A DNA stretch of 64,000 bases from Amoeboaphelidium protococcarum X5 (Eukaryota > Fungi > Aphelidiomycota): assembly GCA_023515725.1 (NCBI GenBank), contig JALDTO010000098.1, positions 276,615 through 340,614 on the forward strand, in the 5' to 3' direction. Below are positions 36,445-50,381 of this stretch, piece by piece (position 1 is the first letter of the stretch; each line of letters starts with the position of its first letter). The position numbers and the translations under genes are program-made. The notes below the pieces were generated by a model, which was not told the origin of the DNA, made no database searches, and worked only from the letters and a program-made list of their open reading frames with translations.

Positions 36445-37632
36445 ATGATGAACTCTGTCAAGTCACCAACCGTAACACAGGCTTAATTAAAGTCGCAGGA
36501 TAAGGCCAAGTCACCGGCAAGTCGTACCATGTCTGCTAAAGGTCGCAAAACCTCGTTGACACCGAATGTACCATCTGATGAGTCTGCGCCTGCACTCAAT
36601 GTCCCTGTCGATGAAGTAGATTTTCCGCTTTAGGACTCAGTTCAATAGAAAGACGCAATTGTTAATGGTGACAAAAGCGAGGACATGATTTATATGGGCT
36701 AGTAAGAGAAGCTAAATTATGTCGGTGATACTGATGATGCTGGCGATATCGCAGTTGCTGAAGGAGGCGATTTCGCTGAAGCACATGGCTCCCAAAATGC
36801 GTCAACCGAAGAATTACGTCTTAACTTTGATTCTGCAAACGCAATGACATCTGACAGGGGGAAATAATCTAGTAATACAATAAATAAGCTGGCTACGGAA
36901 AATAGTGGTAGCAGTGCTGACGATGATGATAACAATGACGAGGATGGTGTTCATAACTCGGGATTGATATAACAATAGCAATCATCCAATCACCTTGCCG
37001 CTATAGAACAGAGACTTGAAGAGACGCGGAAACGTCGTAAAGTGTTGCAGCGTGACATGCAAAGGATTTCTGATAAATTTAGTGAAGTCAAGAGCAAGTA
37101 AGCTGATATTAGCCATTTTCTGTGAATTTGATATGTTGAATTGGTGTGTCTGATGTAGATTGTATATAGGGAAGGATCGGTTGCTAGTTGAAGAGATTGC
37201 AATGCTTTAAGCAGGTAATTTTGTATATCAAGCCTCGAGTCTCACGTCATTGTTTAACTCGCATGTGTAGGTAATCATCCAGAGTTGCGAAGACGAATGA
37301 GTGTCATTTAGTAAGTACACGAGGATCGAGTCAATATTGCTAAGCGAAAGTTTGATCTCCACAAGAGCTGCATTGAGTCTGAATATTAGTCGCGCCTCGT
37401 GTCGATCGCGAAACAAATTTTGATCGCCTCGGCTGATGAACGATCGTCGCTGACATTTTCGGCTGATAAGTAACGCGTAAAATCGACACTTGAAGTTAAA
37501 GACGATTTTTACGACTCGTGGTGTCTTTCTGGTGAGGATTTGAGTTCATGTCAAGTTTCCTGTAAGATAGAACCTCTCACGGAGCAAGAGTTTAGAGAAG
37601 ATATGGCGGCTATAAGCTAATTGATCAATTGA
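36445..37632 (+). CDS. Sds3-like Sin3/HDAC complex subunit, 2 short introns
   Basis: Acidic N-terminus, then 'RRKVLQRDMQRISDKFSEVK..LY...EEIAMLQ.GNHPEL' and C-terminal 'LTEQEFREDMAAI'; ends TGA. Confidence 0.6.
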
Positions 37633-39372
37633 GTCTTTTCATCACGAATATCTTTTCTTTGTACTTTAGAGGACTTTTGAATCGTTTCAACTCATCGACC
37701 CTAATATTGTCAAACGCTTCAACCGCGTGAACGACCTGAAAGTGATCTCGATGAAGTTGAGGAGTGCTAGTTAGTAAATGTGTGTAAACGGAGTAATCCG
37801 TAACATTCTCAGCTTTTGAGTATTTCCAAACACTGTTGTTTTGACAGTTGTGCACCTTATCAAACTGATGTCCGAATAGCGAGATTCCAGACATTGCAGA
37901 CTCTGGATCAATGTGCACAGAGACCGTTTTGTTTACGCTGACATTATTGTGAAGCCACATAAGCGCGTGTCCTCCAGGATAGTTTTACATCGATATGTAC
38001 GTCATAAGAGATGTTGCACTAAAGTTGGCAGCGAGCATTAATACCACAAAGACCGCGGTGATCACCCTTGCTTAAGATTTATGGCGATTTATCCAGCTAC
38101 ACGAACACAGATGATGTGAAACAGTGCGAACAAGATTATGTTACCTCTTGGACATTTAATCAGCAGATATTAAATTCATCAATGGTAGAACATAAATGAT
38201 GAATCGCCATTCTTTATGCGGGAGAAGCGAATAGATTGTTATGAAGGCCATTATAACAAACAGGTACGGAGCGAATTTGGATTGCATACGAAACTTGGCA
38301 AACTCGTGAAAGCTATTTACCAAGAACATCAAGTAGCCTGATAAAGTCAACTTTGGCAGGAAGATTGTGACATAAGCATGCACCGGACTAACTCCCCAAT
38401 GATGGCTCTAATTTTGAACTGTGTTAAACCATAATACTTCACCTTCAGGATAAAACCATCTCTACCAAAAATAGGAGTCAATTGTAACAGTGAAAACTAC
38501 ACTAAATAGAAATAAATGCCTACAAAATGTAACGGCTCTAACACGAATCAGCATACCTAAACAAGCAACTGCAGCTTTAAGACTAGACCATATCAGTCGA
38601 CTAATCCCTACAGTCCTCCACACAAACACCTCCATCGCAAATAATGGCAAATAGAGGATAATCAGCTCTGATCTGAGAATGATTCCAGCAATTGCTGCCG
38701 CCCATATAAGTTAATCAATAATCTGATTCCGTGTTTTTACTGAATTTTGGACTACTGAGTGTAATTCCATCCAATACGAGAAGCTGACCACCACAATATT
38801 AAATGCAAATACGTTTGGAAGAGTTCGGGAGGCGTAATACATCAGATGAAATTGAGACATTGTCAATAATGTAAACATCACAGAGCATAACCAGCCAAAA
38901 TGCTTCTAAACGCTGCATCTAAATATGCTGAGACTGAAAGCCGTGAGCAAGCCAAGACTTAAACGGACTACATATGAGCATTTAATATAACGCTGTTATT
39001 TGAAGAATGATAAGCAATCAACTTACCAATGACTTGATCATGTAAAGAAGAGTGACACGGTGCTACCACTCTATACAAGCTTACAGTGGGATAAGACACT
39101 GCACTCAAAACTAACGCTCCAATGAAAGTTCTAGATACAACGCCAGGAAATTGCAAATGATCATACTACAATATGTATTAAAATTATGGCTCTAGTCCGA
39201 GTGGCAATATGGATAGTCATACCTCGCTCACACTGGTGTCGTGATGCAGAATATCATGCACAGCTTGCAAGTTGAAACTTTCTTCAACCTTTGTAAAAGG
39301 GCTCAGCAAGCAGTGTGCAGTAATTACACCAACAATCAAGAAATCTTGCCAACTGATTGTCCATTTAGACAT
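37625..39372 (-). CDS. ALG12: Dol-P-Man alpha-1,6-mannosyltransferase, several introns
   Basis: '[19 protein letters not shown]', '[11 protein letters not shown]', '[14 protein letters not shown]', '[10 protein letters not shown]', 'NYPGG'. Confidence 0.85.
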
Positions 39373-40888
39373 TTTGGTCAGTTGTGTCTGGAAAGCCAAA
39401 ATTTGATTTTGTTTCAAAGGAGACATTACAGTAAATGCGATCGCACCGACGTGCAGCGAGTTTGAAAGGTTGTTTTAGTAGTAATTTAAAATTTATCTTT
39501 TACTTTAGAAGAATAATGTCTATTGCCGATAAGTGTCCAACAAGACATTTGTCTTTCTATGCTAGATTAAGATGTTAGTTCTATTGATGGTAAGATAATA
39601 CAAGATCTGGACACAAAGTATCACGATTGTGTTAAAGAGCACCAGGCGGAGAGGAAACGCGGATTGGAGAACAACATAGTCTGATTATCTTCATCAGATG
39701 ATTGTTATTTTGAATAGTCCTCTTTAATTTAACATCCAAGTTGGCTCATGATTCTTATCATCCTGTTGTATGTTACGTGTTTTGTGACGTGTCGGTGGTA
39801 TTAAGTAAGTCACAACTGGATATATGAGTAAAAAACTGACATCTCTCCCTTTATAACAAAGAGTGAAATATTGATGAGATGGGCATGAGTTATTATTGAC
39901 AATAGTAATACATAGTCTACATCCTTCGCATTTGTCTCCCCTGAAACAGTTACATGAATTTTTATCCGTGTTAAACATGAATGAAAATGGCGCCGACAGC
40001 ATCTACTGTCTTACTGGTTGTTTGAGCGAGTAAAGTATATGGCTTCCTATGTTTGAATCAATAGTGCCGATGAAATGTTTCATCGCCTTTAAATCGTTGC
40101 GTGAAGCATGTCGATTGACGTCTTCTTTGATAAACAGAATAAGATAATTGCTAAGGGATGTATGTCAAGTATGATTATGCCAGTAGATGTGATATGATAA
40201 TTTCTAACTAGTATTCCGGTAAACTGTTATTCTACATTGAACTTAAAATTGGGTATATACGCTATATGACGTCCCTGGTATGAAAAGAGCAGACTTGCTC
40301 AAGTGTCTTTACGCGTCCAATGTCCCTTTGATTTTAGTAAAATCTGAGAACTTTTAGCATTCTTCGAGATAACTGCTAGAGATCGCGTCTTTACCTTCCC
40401 ATTCGATATAAATGCACTTGATGTTGGACGCATAAGAGCTGTTCAGGCTACGTGGTAACACTTCACTCAACTGTCACGTTTTAGTTTCTGTAGAGCGTTC
40501 TTCTAGTGCAATATTCGGACGCGATAGTCGGTGTTCTATTCATCGAGTGCTATGGTTATCGTTTTCTATGAACCTTGGTTTGATCATTTGTTCAATAAAG
40601 TTAATTCATTGATCTGGTAGAGTTGACGCTCTGTATGAAACATCAGTAAAACGCCTCGTCTCTGATCAAACAGATCGTCATCGGTTAAAGTTCGGAATCC
40701 GAAGCTCATCGTTCCCGACGCCACCTTCTCAATCTCGTTCTCTCTCGGTTCAAAGGCTTAACGTTCCGCTTTCGATCGCGCCTTCTCTCTTCTTCGTCTC
40801 TTTAATCGATTCAAATTACACGTAATCGAACTATTAAAACTAGGATTGCCTACGCATTTAATACTACCGCATCTGAATATAATTAACA

Positions 40889-42214
<1,326 letters not shown>

Positions 42215-42334
42215 GTTGTCGCGGCAATCTAGTCTCACCATTGAACAGAAATGACATTTTGAGAATAAGATTTAATCATTATTATTTAATACCTATTTTT
42301 TATTCAAGATTCACCCTGCAATACTTTCAGTTGC

Positions 42335-43339
42335 TCACTTTGACAGAAAACGACTCAGATCAGGCTTAATGGTCAAATCTGGCCCATCACTCAGCCCGTA
42401 GATCTGATTAGGATTGATGCTGGTATGAGACATGTAGTAGTGCTTCTTGATATGCTCCATGTTCACAGACTTGGAAGCAGACCCAGTCTGGTAGATGTCG
42501 CGCATCCAACGCAGAACATTCTCATACGCCTCAATAGGCTTGAGGTTACACTTGAAATGACCATGATACACCGACTGGAAACGCCACGCTGTTTATACTG
42601 CACGAACATCAGCCTCGGTCAGCTTGGAGCCGCACAGATAACGATTATCCTTCAAAATACCATCTAAACGATCCAAAGCGTCAAACACGGTTTTGCAATG
42701 CTTCTCATACACATCCTGCTTTGTGGCGAAACCAGCCTTATACACACCATTGTTAAACTGGTCATAAACCCATTCATTTACCTCATCAATCTTGGAACGC
42801 AACTCTTCTGGATACAGATCAAGAGACGGATTCTTGGCCAGATGATTAAACTCGGAATTCAACATTCTTATAATCTCACTACTCTCATTACTGACAACAG
42901 TGTCCAACTTCTTATCCCACAGCAGAGGAACAGTGAAGCGAGCATTATAATTAGGATCAGCGTGATAGTACAACTCTTTGATGAACTTGGCATTGAGAAT
43001 AGGATCAGGCGTAACGCCAGGGGCAGTGGCTTAGTCATCACCGCTACCATCCTCTCGCGTAAATCTCCAGCCGTCAGACTTCATCAGAGGGTCAACGACA
43101 ACAATGTCAATTACATCCTGCAATCCTTTCAGCTAACGTACAGTCTCGACTCTTGTGCACCAAGGACATGCATAAGCTATATAGCAAATGTATCTACCAG
43201 TCTCGGGTTAAAACTTTGCACCAGGTTCGTTCTTTATGAAATTGCGAAAAACACTCTGCTGTCTCTGGAACTCACCATTCTTGGATGCCCACAAGGGCTT
43301 CAACTTGCCATCTTTGGTGCCGTGTGGATCTTCTGCCAT
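42335..43339 (-). CDS. Glutathionyl-hydroquinone reductase (ECM4/Xi-class GST)
   Basis: 'YACPWC', 'RFTVPLLWDKK', 'SNESSEIIRM', 'NNGVYKAGFA', 'HFKCN', 'HIKKHYY'; 335 codons. Confidence 0.88.
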
Positions 43340-43676
43340 CTACACATTAAAATACTGTAAGTAATTATTAAAATGATTGATATTGAGTGATATGATGTAT
43401 CTTACCTTTCTTGTGTTGTTAATGCTAAATATTGAGCGTCTCGTCGAAACTGATCGGATAAAATGCAGGCGAGTTAACATTGTCTATTCCGGTCGCATTC
43501 ATTACCAAAGCACAAGTGACATTATATTGCTCGAGAGTTCGCCCGTCGTTTCATACGCGACTGTTGCGCCAAAACATTGATAGGGCGACTTGTTTCAAAG
43601 TTTCCCATTCTTTCATGGTTGTGTTTATCTGTGATTGAAAAACTATTGGTTAGATTTGCTATTGACTTTGTAAAAA

Positions 43677-44837
43677 ATGTTTTAAATTCTGTTTGACTTA
43701 CTTTCGCTGTATGTTAATGGTGTCTTGCTCCTGTGTGTGTATTCAGCTTCTTGTTTCTTATCGCTGTGTCGTTTTGTGTTAGTGAAAGCTGAACAGGTGA
43801 ATGAGAGAGTGGGTGATTATTTGCGTCAAGTGTTCAGTGCATCACCTTAGGTATTTAAAGAACATGGATAATTTGCACCACTTGCTCTTGGAAACATTCA
43901 TTACCTTATAGTTGGAAAGTCTTCATCTCCGCTAATCGTTCTGTTAAACAGTGAATTTACTACTCTTCAATCTTGGCTGCCCGTTGCCAAAATCCTGTCT
44001 CATTCTGGTTATCAAGTACTGATGTTTGATTACTTTGGCACTGGTTACAGCGATCACCCAGCGGTAGAGTGCACCTTAGACATGTATGTGGAGACTACAA
44101 TTGAACTCTTGGACTTTTTGTACTTGAATGATAGGCCATTCTGTGCTTTGGGCGCTAGTATGGGCTCCTTGATTGCCATGCAGCTAGCAGCAGATTATCC
44201 GGAGCGAGTTTCGAGATTAATTATGTGTGCTCCTTGTGCTTATGAGCCATCACTGCAGTCTGTGGGTACTCTTATCCCTTATTTGCACAAAACTATGTTT
44301 AAAGTGTTTCTTCAAGATTCAAATTACTTGCAGTTTGCGTATTTGCAGAGCTGGATGTAGATTGTTTCCTTGAAAGCTTTGATGTACAGTGTTGTCACGT
44401 CCGTATATTGCAATTACTTTGTAAACTTGAACACGTAAATGTTTTCAGAGTAATCTGGTTAATCGTTTACAAGAATGAGATAGGATTTCATGTAAATGTA
44501 TCTATAAAAGAAGTAGGAGAAGTATCTTAAACTGGCACACGAAATGATGAATAATGCCGACTTTGTTGGTAATGCCAGCTCCATCCTGAGTAATATACCA
44601 TTCTATGGATAGCTAGATTCTCAAGTGTTGGAGCGTTTGAAGAACCATCCTAAGCGAGTTCTCATAGTTTGTGGACAAAAAGATGATAGATTCCCGTCCA
44701 ATAATACTAATCAGTGGTATCAAAGCTGGATTCCACAGGCCAAGTAAAAAGTGATCAATAACAGCTCTCGCGGAGTACACATTGATGCGCCTGTTAAATT
44801 GTCAAGTGCAGTGCTGTCTTTTTTCAACCAGAATTGA
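43677..44837 (+). CDS. Alpha/beta hydrolase
   Basis: 'FDYFGTGYSD', nucleophile elbow 'GASMG', 'GQKDD'; 387 codons under table 6. Confidence 0.75.
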
Positions 44838-45038
44838 ACTGAATATAAAAAGATGATATAGCTGATGTGAACTGCCTGATCTTGATTTGTGGTTGTAAAA
44901 TAGATTTTTAAGTTGAGATATTTTTACATTTCAAACATTGCATTTGTGGGGGGTGTGAATGGTGATAAATCTATTTTCCTGATTATATCGATTTTGTTAA
45001 AATTCAGCAAGAATATAATCGTAAACAAGTTTAGAAGT

Positions 45039-46835
45039 ATGATGAAATTGTTTAGTAAAAGAAACAGTCGCGATAGTGGTATTGGGAGAAGTCCGCGTTC
45101 ATCTGTTGATACAAGTGCTGATCGCGCTGCTGTTTAATCTCCTACACCTTAGGCAGTCGCGTTGTCTCAAGCTCCACATTTAGATGTGCCGAAAGTTGAT
45201 GCTGCTTATTAGCACGATTAGCTCAATGGGTATGAGGCTACCGCTGTGGAAAAGACAATAAGTGCAAAGTAAAAGAAGACTGCGTATTCTGGTACTTTTA
45301 AAATCAAGACTCTTGTAAGCAATGTACGAGAAGAATTGCAGTGTCCGATTTGCCTTGAAGAATTCTCCAAGCCGCGCCTACTGCATTGTGGTCACTCATT
45401 CTGTACAGGTTGTCTCAAAGGCCTGTACAGAGATCAATGTATTCGCTGCCCAACGTGTAGAAGTGTCACCAAGTTGAATCCTTAAAAATAATCAGCCCGC
45501 GCGCAGGATAATCAGTCTTATGTTGTTAACAATAATCTCCAATCTTCTACTGGGCAAAGAAAGTCTATAATGGAATCCAATGAGCCGTATCATCCTGTGT
45601 AAGAATTGTCTTTAAATTACTCCATACTCAAAGTGATGGAGGCTGTCGACACTATCAATGCGCTGAACGTTTCCTCTCAAGAATCTGAATAGAGTCGTCC
45701 ATCTTGTTTATCTGACAGTTGCGTTGATTTGGATGCTATTCTGCCTGATCCTGACTGCTTTCAATCAAAAGATGATCTATTGAATCTGCGCGGTGTATGC
45801 GATTCTAAATCTATCCATGTTGCTCCATAAAAGAGTGCTGATCTATGGACTTCGTAGTTGTTGCTGTGCAAGGAGCACAAGAACCAGGAGATTTTGTTCT
45901 ATTGCGCGACTTGCTCCCAGCTGTTATGCTCTTAATGCCTAGTTGGAGACAATCCTGATGAAGACGGATGTGACAAACATGTTTCATCACATACCTCTCA
46001 CGATATAATGTCTCTGCAGCAAGCTACGAAAGCACAGGTTTAAAAGGCTTGGTAGATTATGCAAGATAGTAACGCATAAACCTAATCTCTGTAGATTATT
46101 CAGTCCAACCTTGAAAAGAGCCTCCTAGGTGCGGATGCTTAATATATACAGATTAAACAAGATTTGCTGAATATTCGAGCTAAATGGGTCAATCACGTTG
46201 ACAAATGGTTCAATGAGCAAGAAGAAAAGCTTGCATTGTTGGTAAATCTGAACAAGTCGGAGTTGAAGGATTCTCTAGATATCGCAAATGTTTTTGCATA
46301 GTAGCTGAGCAGCGCCTCTTGCCACTTCAATGATATATTGACAGACTTGAATGTTAAGGCAGATGATAGCAAGGTGAATGTGCCGAATTTGAAGAGACGT
46401 GACGCGACTAAGATTTGGAAGGAGGTAATGCCGCTTTGTGAGCGTCTATCAGCTTGGAATCTAAAATCTTAAGAGCACTGCAACGGTAAAAAAGAGACAT
46501 TAAGCGACCTTCATCTAGATGGCAATCCTGAGAATTGCTTGTCCGTGGTTGACCTTGCCTCAGTGTTGCCACCGTTGGCGAGCGTCTGCAAAAAGAACTC
46601 GTCAGTTAATGTGAAGATCAACGCTGGAGATGAATAGATTGAACTGCATTTGGCGCAAGATGTGATTGAAAAGTCTAAACTCAAGTAGAAAATATAGAAT
46701 GCTATTGGTAAAAGCGCGTCTTTATTTACTCTGAATGTGCCAACAGACTTGGACAGAACGGACTTCTCAGTAAAATCCAGTGCGGTGCGCAGTGTGTTTC
46801 AGTTTAAGGAGAATTCGGAGATTGATGTGATTTGA
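45039..46835 (+). CDS. RING - B-box - coiled-coil (TRIM/RBCC-like) E3 ligase
   Basis: RING 'CPICLEEF...LHCGHSFCTGC...CPTCR'; B-box 'CKEHKNQEILFYCATCSQLLCSQC...HTSH'; heptad region; 599 codons, TGA. Confidence 0.8.
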
Positions 46836-47000
46836 TTGATGAAAAGTGATGATGCTTAATATAGATACCATGTTTCCTAAAATAGAATTGTTGCACCGAG
46901 TCTCGGTGTATAAGCCGCTTTAGATTATCTAGTTCTTCTTCTTCTTGCTATAATCTGAACAGAATACCAATACTAAATAACTCTCGATTAATACAATCAA

Positions 47001-47936
47001 ATGGTAAAGAAGGATAAGAAGGGAAAGTCTCCAAGTCAGACGCGTGCCTCAAAGATACCCGAGGAGCCAATGCTGAAGAATGTCGTCGACAAGAGAGCCA
47101 AGAAACAGAATAGCAAGCCAGTTGCTGCTGATGAGCGTCCATTGAGTATGTTTGTCCAGCCTGGCTTGTAGCTGCAGACTCGTGAACGCGCTCAGTCCAG
47201 TGCTCCATCCGTTGTTTCAAACTCCACTGATGCAAAATCTGGCGTGACTGACAACACCGCAAATGCATCCAAGAAGACTCCAGCTGCACCTACCAACTCT
47301 GCTCCTCTGACCGTGTCATCAAATGCTCAATCATCTTCAAAGGCTGTACCTAATGCTGGTGCGCAGATGAAGAATCCAACATCCATGCAAGAGGCTATGC
47401 AGAATTTCAAATTGGCAAAGAAGTAGGCGGAGAAAAACCAAAAGTACAAGCTTAACAGTACTCAGCGTCTGATTGATGCCATGGCTGATGTGATGGTTCT
47501 CCTTCTGACTCGTGCCATGTGTGAGGGTATTGACGAGAAGATAGAGATCCGTATTTACAAGAAGCCGCAGAACATCGGCTCTGGTATGGCCGTCGCTGAA
47601 TATCGTGATGGCCGTGATGCCAAGGAGAAGGGTCAGAAGACTACCAATATTCAAAATTTGGTTGATAACAATGATGATTTCTCAATCTTGCTGTCTAATG
47701 AGCTGACTCTGCGCTCCATCAATCAGCAAACTCCTGATGGATACAAGGCTTTAGATTGTGCAGACAACTGGAAGTAATTCTACGATGTCGTGCAAAAGTT
47801 TAGCTTATGGTTCAGATTCTGTCTGGCAGTCCACAAGCGCATCGGTTGGAAGTGTGTCCTTGACAGATCCATGTTGAACGGTATGGATAGCAGATTCTTG
47901 GGCTTTGTCACTATCAAGATTTCCAAGTTTGTCTGA
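47001..47936 (+). CDS. Hypothetical protein (312 codons)
   Basis: Open under table 6 with host-like codon usage; ends TGA followed by AATAAA at 47949. Confidence 0.65.
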
Positions 47937-47959
47937 AGATTCTTTATGAATAAAGTGTC

Positions 47960-48100
47960 ATTGAATTAATAGATTGGTAAATTTCATCTTATCATCAAGT
48001 TTCTTAACTGATTTAACTCGCTTACAGTCTATTTCATCGGTTTGTCCGACAAACATTACTGTATATATCAGGCGCGCCTTTCGGCGCGGCAATTCCATTA
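47960..48100 (-). ncRNA. Candidate Fanzor omegaRNA (scaffold + 3' guide)
   Basis: CGCGCC-GAAA-GGCGCG hairpin over the last codons; nested TACAGT/ACTGTA and GTTTGTC/GACAAAC stems just downstream; position as expected for TnpB/Fanzor. Confidence 0.5.
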
Positions 48101-50381
48101 AGGTCTGCTACCATGCATCGCGTAATGGCGGACTATTTGAGCCATACTCCTGTAAGCATTAACGTCCCGATCTACAAAGACGTCACATCCAGTGTTTTGG
48201 CAGTTTGGGCAAACTCCAAATCTTGATTGGACTCTTCGGTTAAAACGATCAGGACATTCTTACGATAGGATTTCTGGACCATCAGCTTTGATGCAGACAG
48301 TTTAAGCCCGGCGACGACCAGGCAGTATCTTCTTTGCCTTCTTGTGTCGGCACCTCATCACCACTTCATGCTCCCATTGAAGATCTGCATGACATAATGA
48401 GTGCTGCTTACTAGTGTGGAACTCCGGCGTTATAACTACCAATGCCCGACGACTGAATTCAAACGCGAATTTTCTCACCGGAACAGGAGGATTACCACGC
48501 ACGTGCTTCACACCAGCGTTACCAAGAGCAATTACCGGAGGCTTATCTGGAGGTGAAAACTTGCCAATAGATTTACGCAGTTCGCGTTTCCTCTTCTTTG
48601 CAGCTTTACCTCGGCGCCGATCGTTGATTTTAGGCACTGGTGGCTTTGGTCTGCCATACATCATGTTGATGACTTTACCAAACGCAGACTTGGTCGCGCA
48701 AAATCGTCGGAATCTCCAATTACGATGGAATGATCTTGAGTAGAAGGCATAGACGTCCTCAAAATATCTGATGTAAACATCGAGATACTACTGGCAAGTG
48801 TGTGATTAGGCCATATCTTACTCCATCAGCGTGATTTCAGTTGGTTTGATATGCAACAGATGGGCTTCAGACTCTGTAGTCAATGCAAGACGTTACCAGT
48901 ATCCAGCAGATATGTGGCCCGTTTCTTTTAGCTCCTTCTTGGCTTCTTTTAGCGTAATTGCACCATCGACGTCCGCGTCGTCGCCCCACACCAGTACGTT
49001 CTTCTTACCAGGGTCAACGCCAATCAATCGAGAGCCATCTAATCTTTGTTGGAGATTCCGACAGTTTTCCAAAGCAAAAGCCCCAACGATTACTTGAGAC
49101 ACGTCAATGCTTCGTGCTTTTCTCTGCAGGTCTGAAGCTTCATTTGCATACGCTTTCCCACCTTAATCTGAAACAGACACGGAGCACGCAAAACGATCAG
49201 AGGTGATACTGACACTGACGTTTTTAGATTGAGCCATCCGCTGTTAAAGACCCAAAACTTTAAGCCTTAGGATACATTACCGTTGATCGTCCTCCTCTTT
49301 CGACTCCTCCCCCAACTGATTGCCCAGGCGATACTGTTCAAATCCCCACTGAGCCAAAACTTTATTGTCAAAGCAGATGTGGCGCGGAACATCGGTACCA
49401 GTAGGGAAAATCTTGAATGATGGCAAGCCTATCTCCTTGAGAGTTTAACGCTAATACATCAGATATTGGACCAAAACTTTCTAGCCCTCCTAATTCTGAA
49501 ATGCATGGTGTGCTCTTGATGGCATGTATGTTTGATGGGTATCACGCTACTTCATCTTACCCGATTTCTATCGCTTGAAACCGATGAGTCCATGCAGCTG
49601 ACTAGGAGATTATGCTTTTCTTTTACTGTATCTCCTTCTTGGAGCTCTGTCTTTAAAAGAAGTGGTGACAATATCCAATAAATGGTGACGATGCATTGAG
49701 ACCAAGTGCCGAACTTCTTCAACTTATAACAATTGCAGCAACTCGTCCTTAATAGCAGCATCTTATTGCGCAATTGTCTCCTCATCTTCACCAGCATCGT
49801 AATCAGGAGGCAAATGTATCTGAGTCGCGGGATTAATCTCCAAGTACTCGCCCCCAAAGTGTTCCATCGTGTTAACAGCTTCTTCAGTCAGCAAAGAGTT
49901 GAGCAGCTATAGAAACACGGTAAGCCTTCGGCCTTTTACATTAAAGGCCTCCATTTAAGCTTTAATCACCTTCTTCTAGTAGACCCATATAGTTTCAGTC
50001 AGATGCCAGGTGATAGCTTAAATAATCTTACGCGCTTGAAACACGTACAGGTTAGGATTTGGACCAATCAGGCTTTCGTGCCTCAATCTCTATCGCACTT
50101 CAGGAGCGATTGTTTCAGCCAGTATTCGTGTGTACATTGTCACGATGAAACGCAGAGTTGCAAAGATACTCCAGCATTGACGCGAAATACTGCTAATGAG
50201 ATAGCTCAGGTAGTGCCTTGCCGGCTTCATTCCATACATTAAGACTGAGATAGATCAGACGGGATGCAAAGGTGAGGTGCACTGAGCTCAGTCGAATCTG
50301 TGGTATCAATCTCTCTTTATCACCATCGCTAAGATTCAAGACAGTATTTAGTTTGCATTTACGTGTTACTTTCTTTGCCAT
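48068..50381 (-). CDS. Fanzor1-like (eukaryotic TnpB-derived) RuvC nuclease, ~770 aa, host code, one frameshift at ~50115-50190
   Basis: RuvC-I 'IGVDPGKKN' (D 49013), 'ALGNA', rearranged RuvC-II 'TPEFHTSK' (E 48422), Zn ribbon 'CPNC', RuvC-III 'VDRDVNA', C-terminal 'GSRPQWNCR'; 48068-50137 free of TGA. Confidence 0.85.

Noticed and set aside
39516-40612. Possible gene between ALG12 and SAH1
   Set aside because: Coding-like stretches are interrupted by several TGAs with no recognisable motif; cannot support a call
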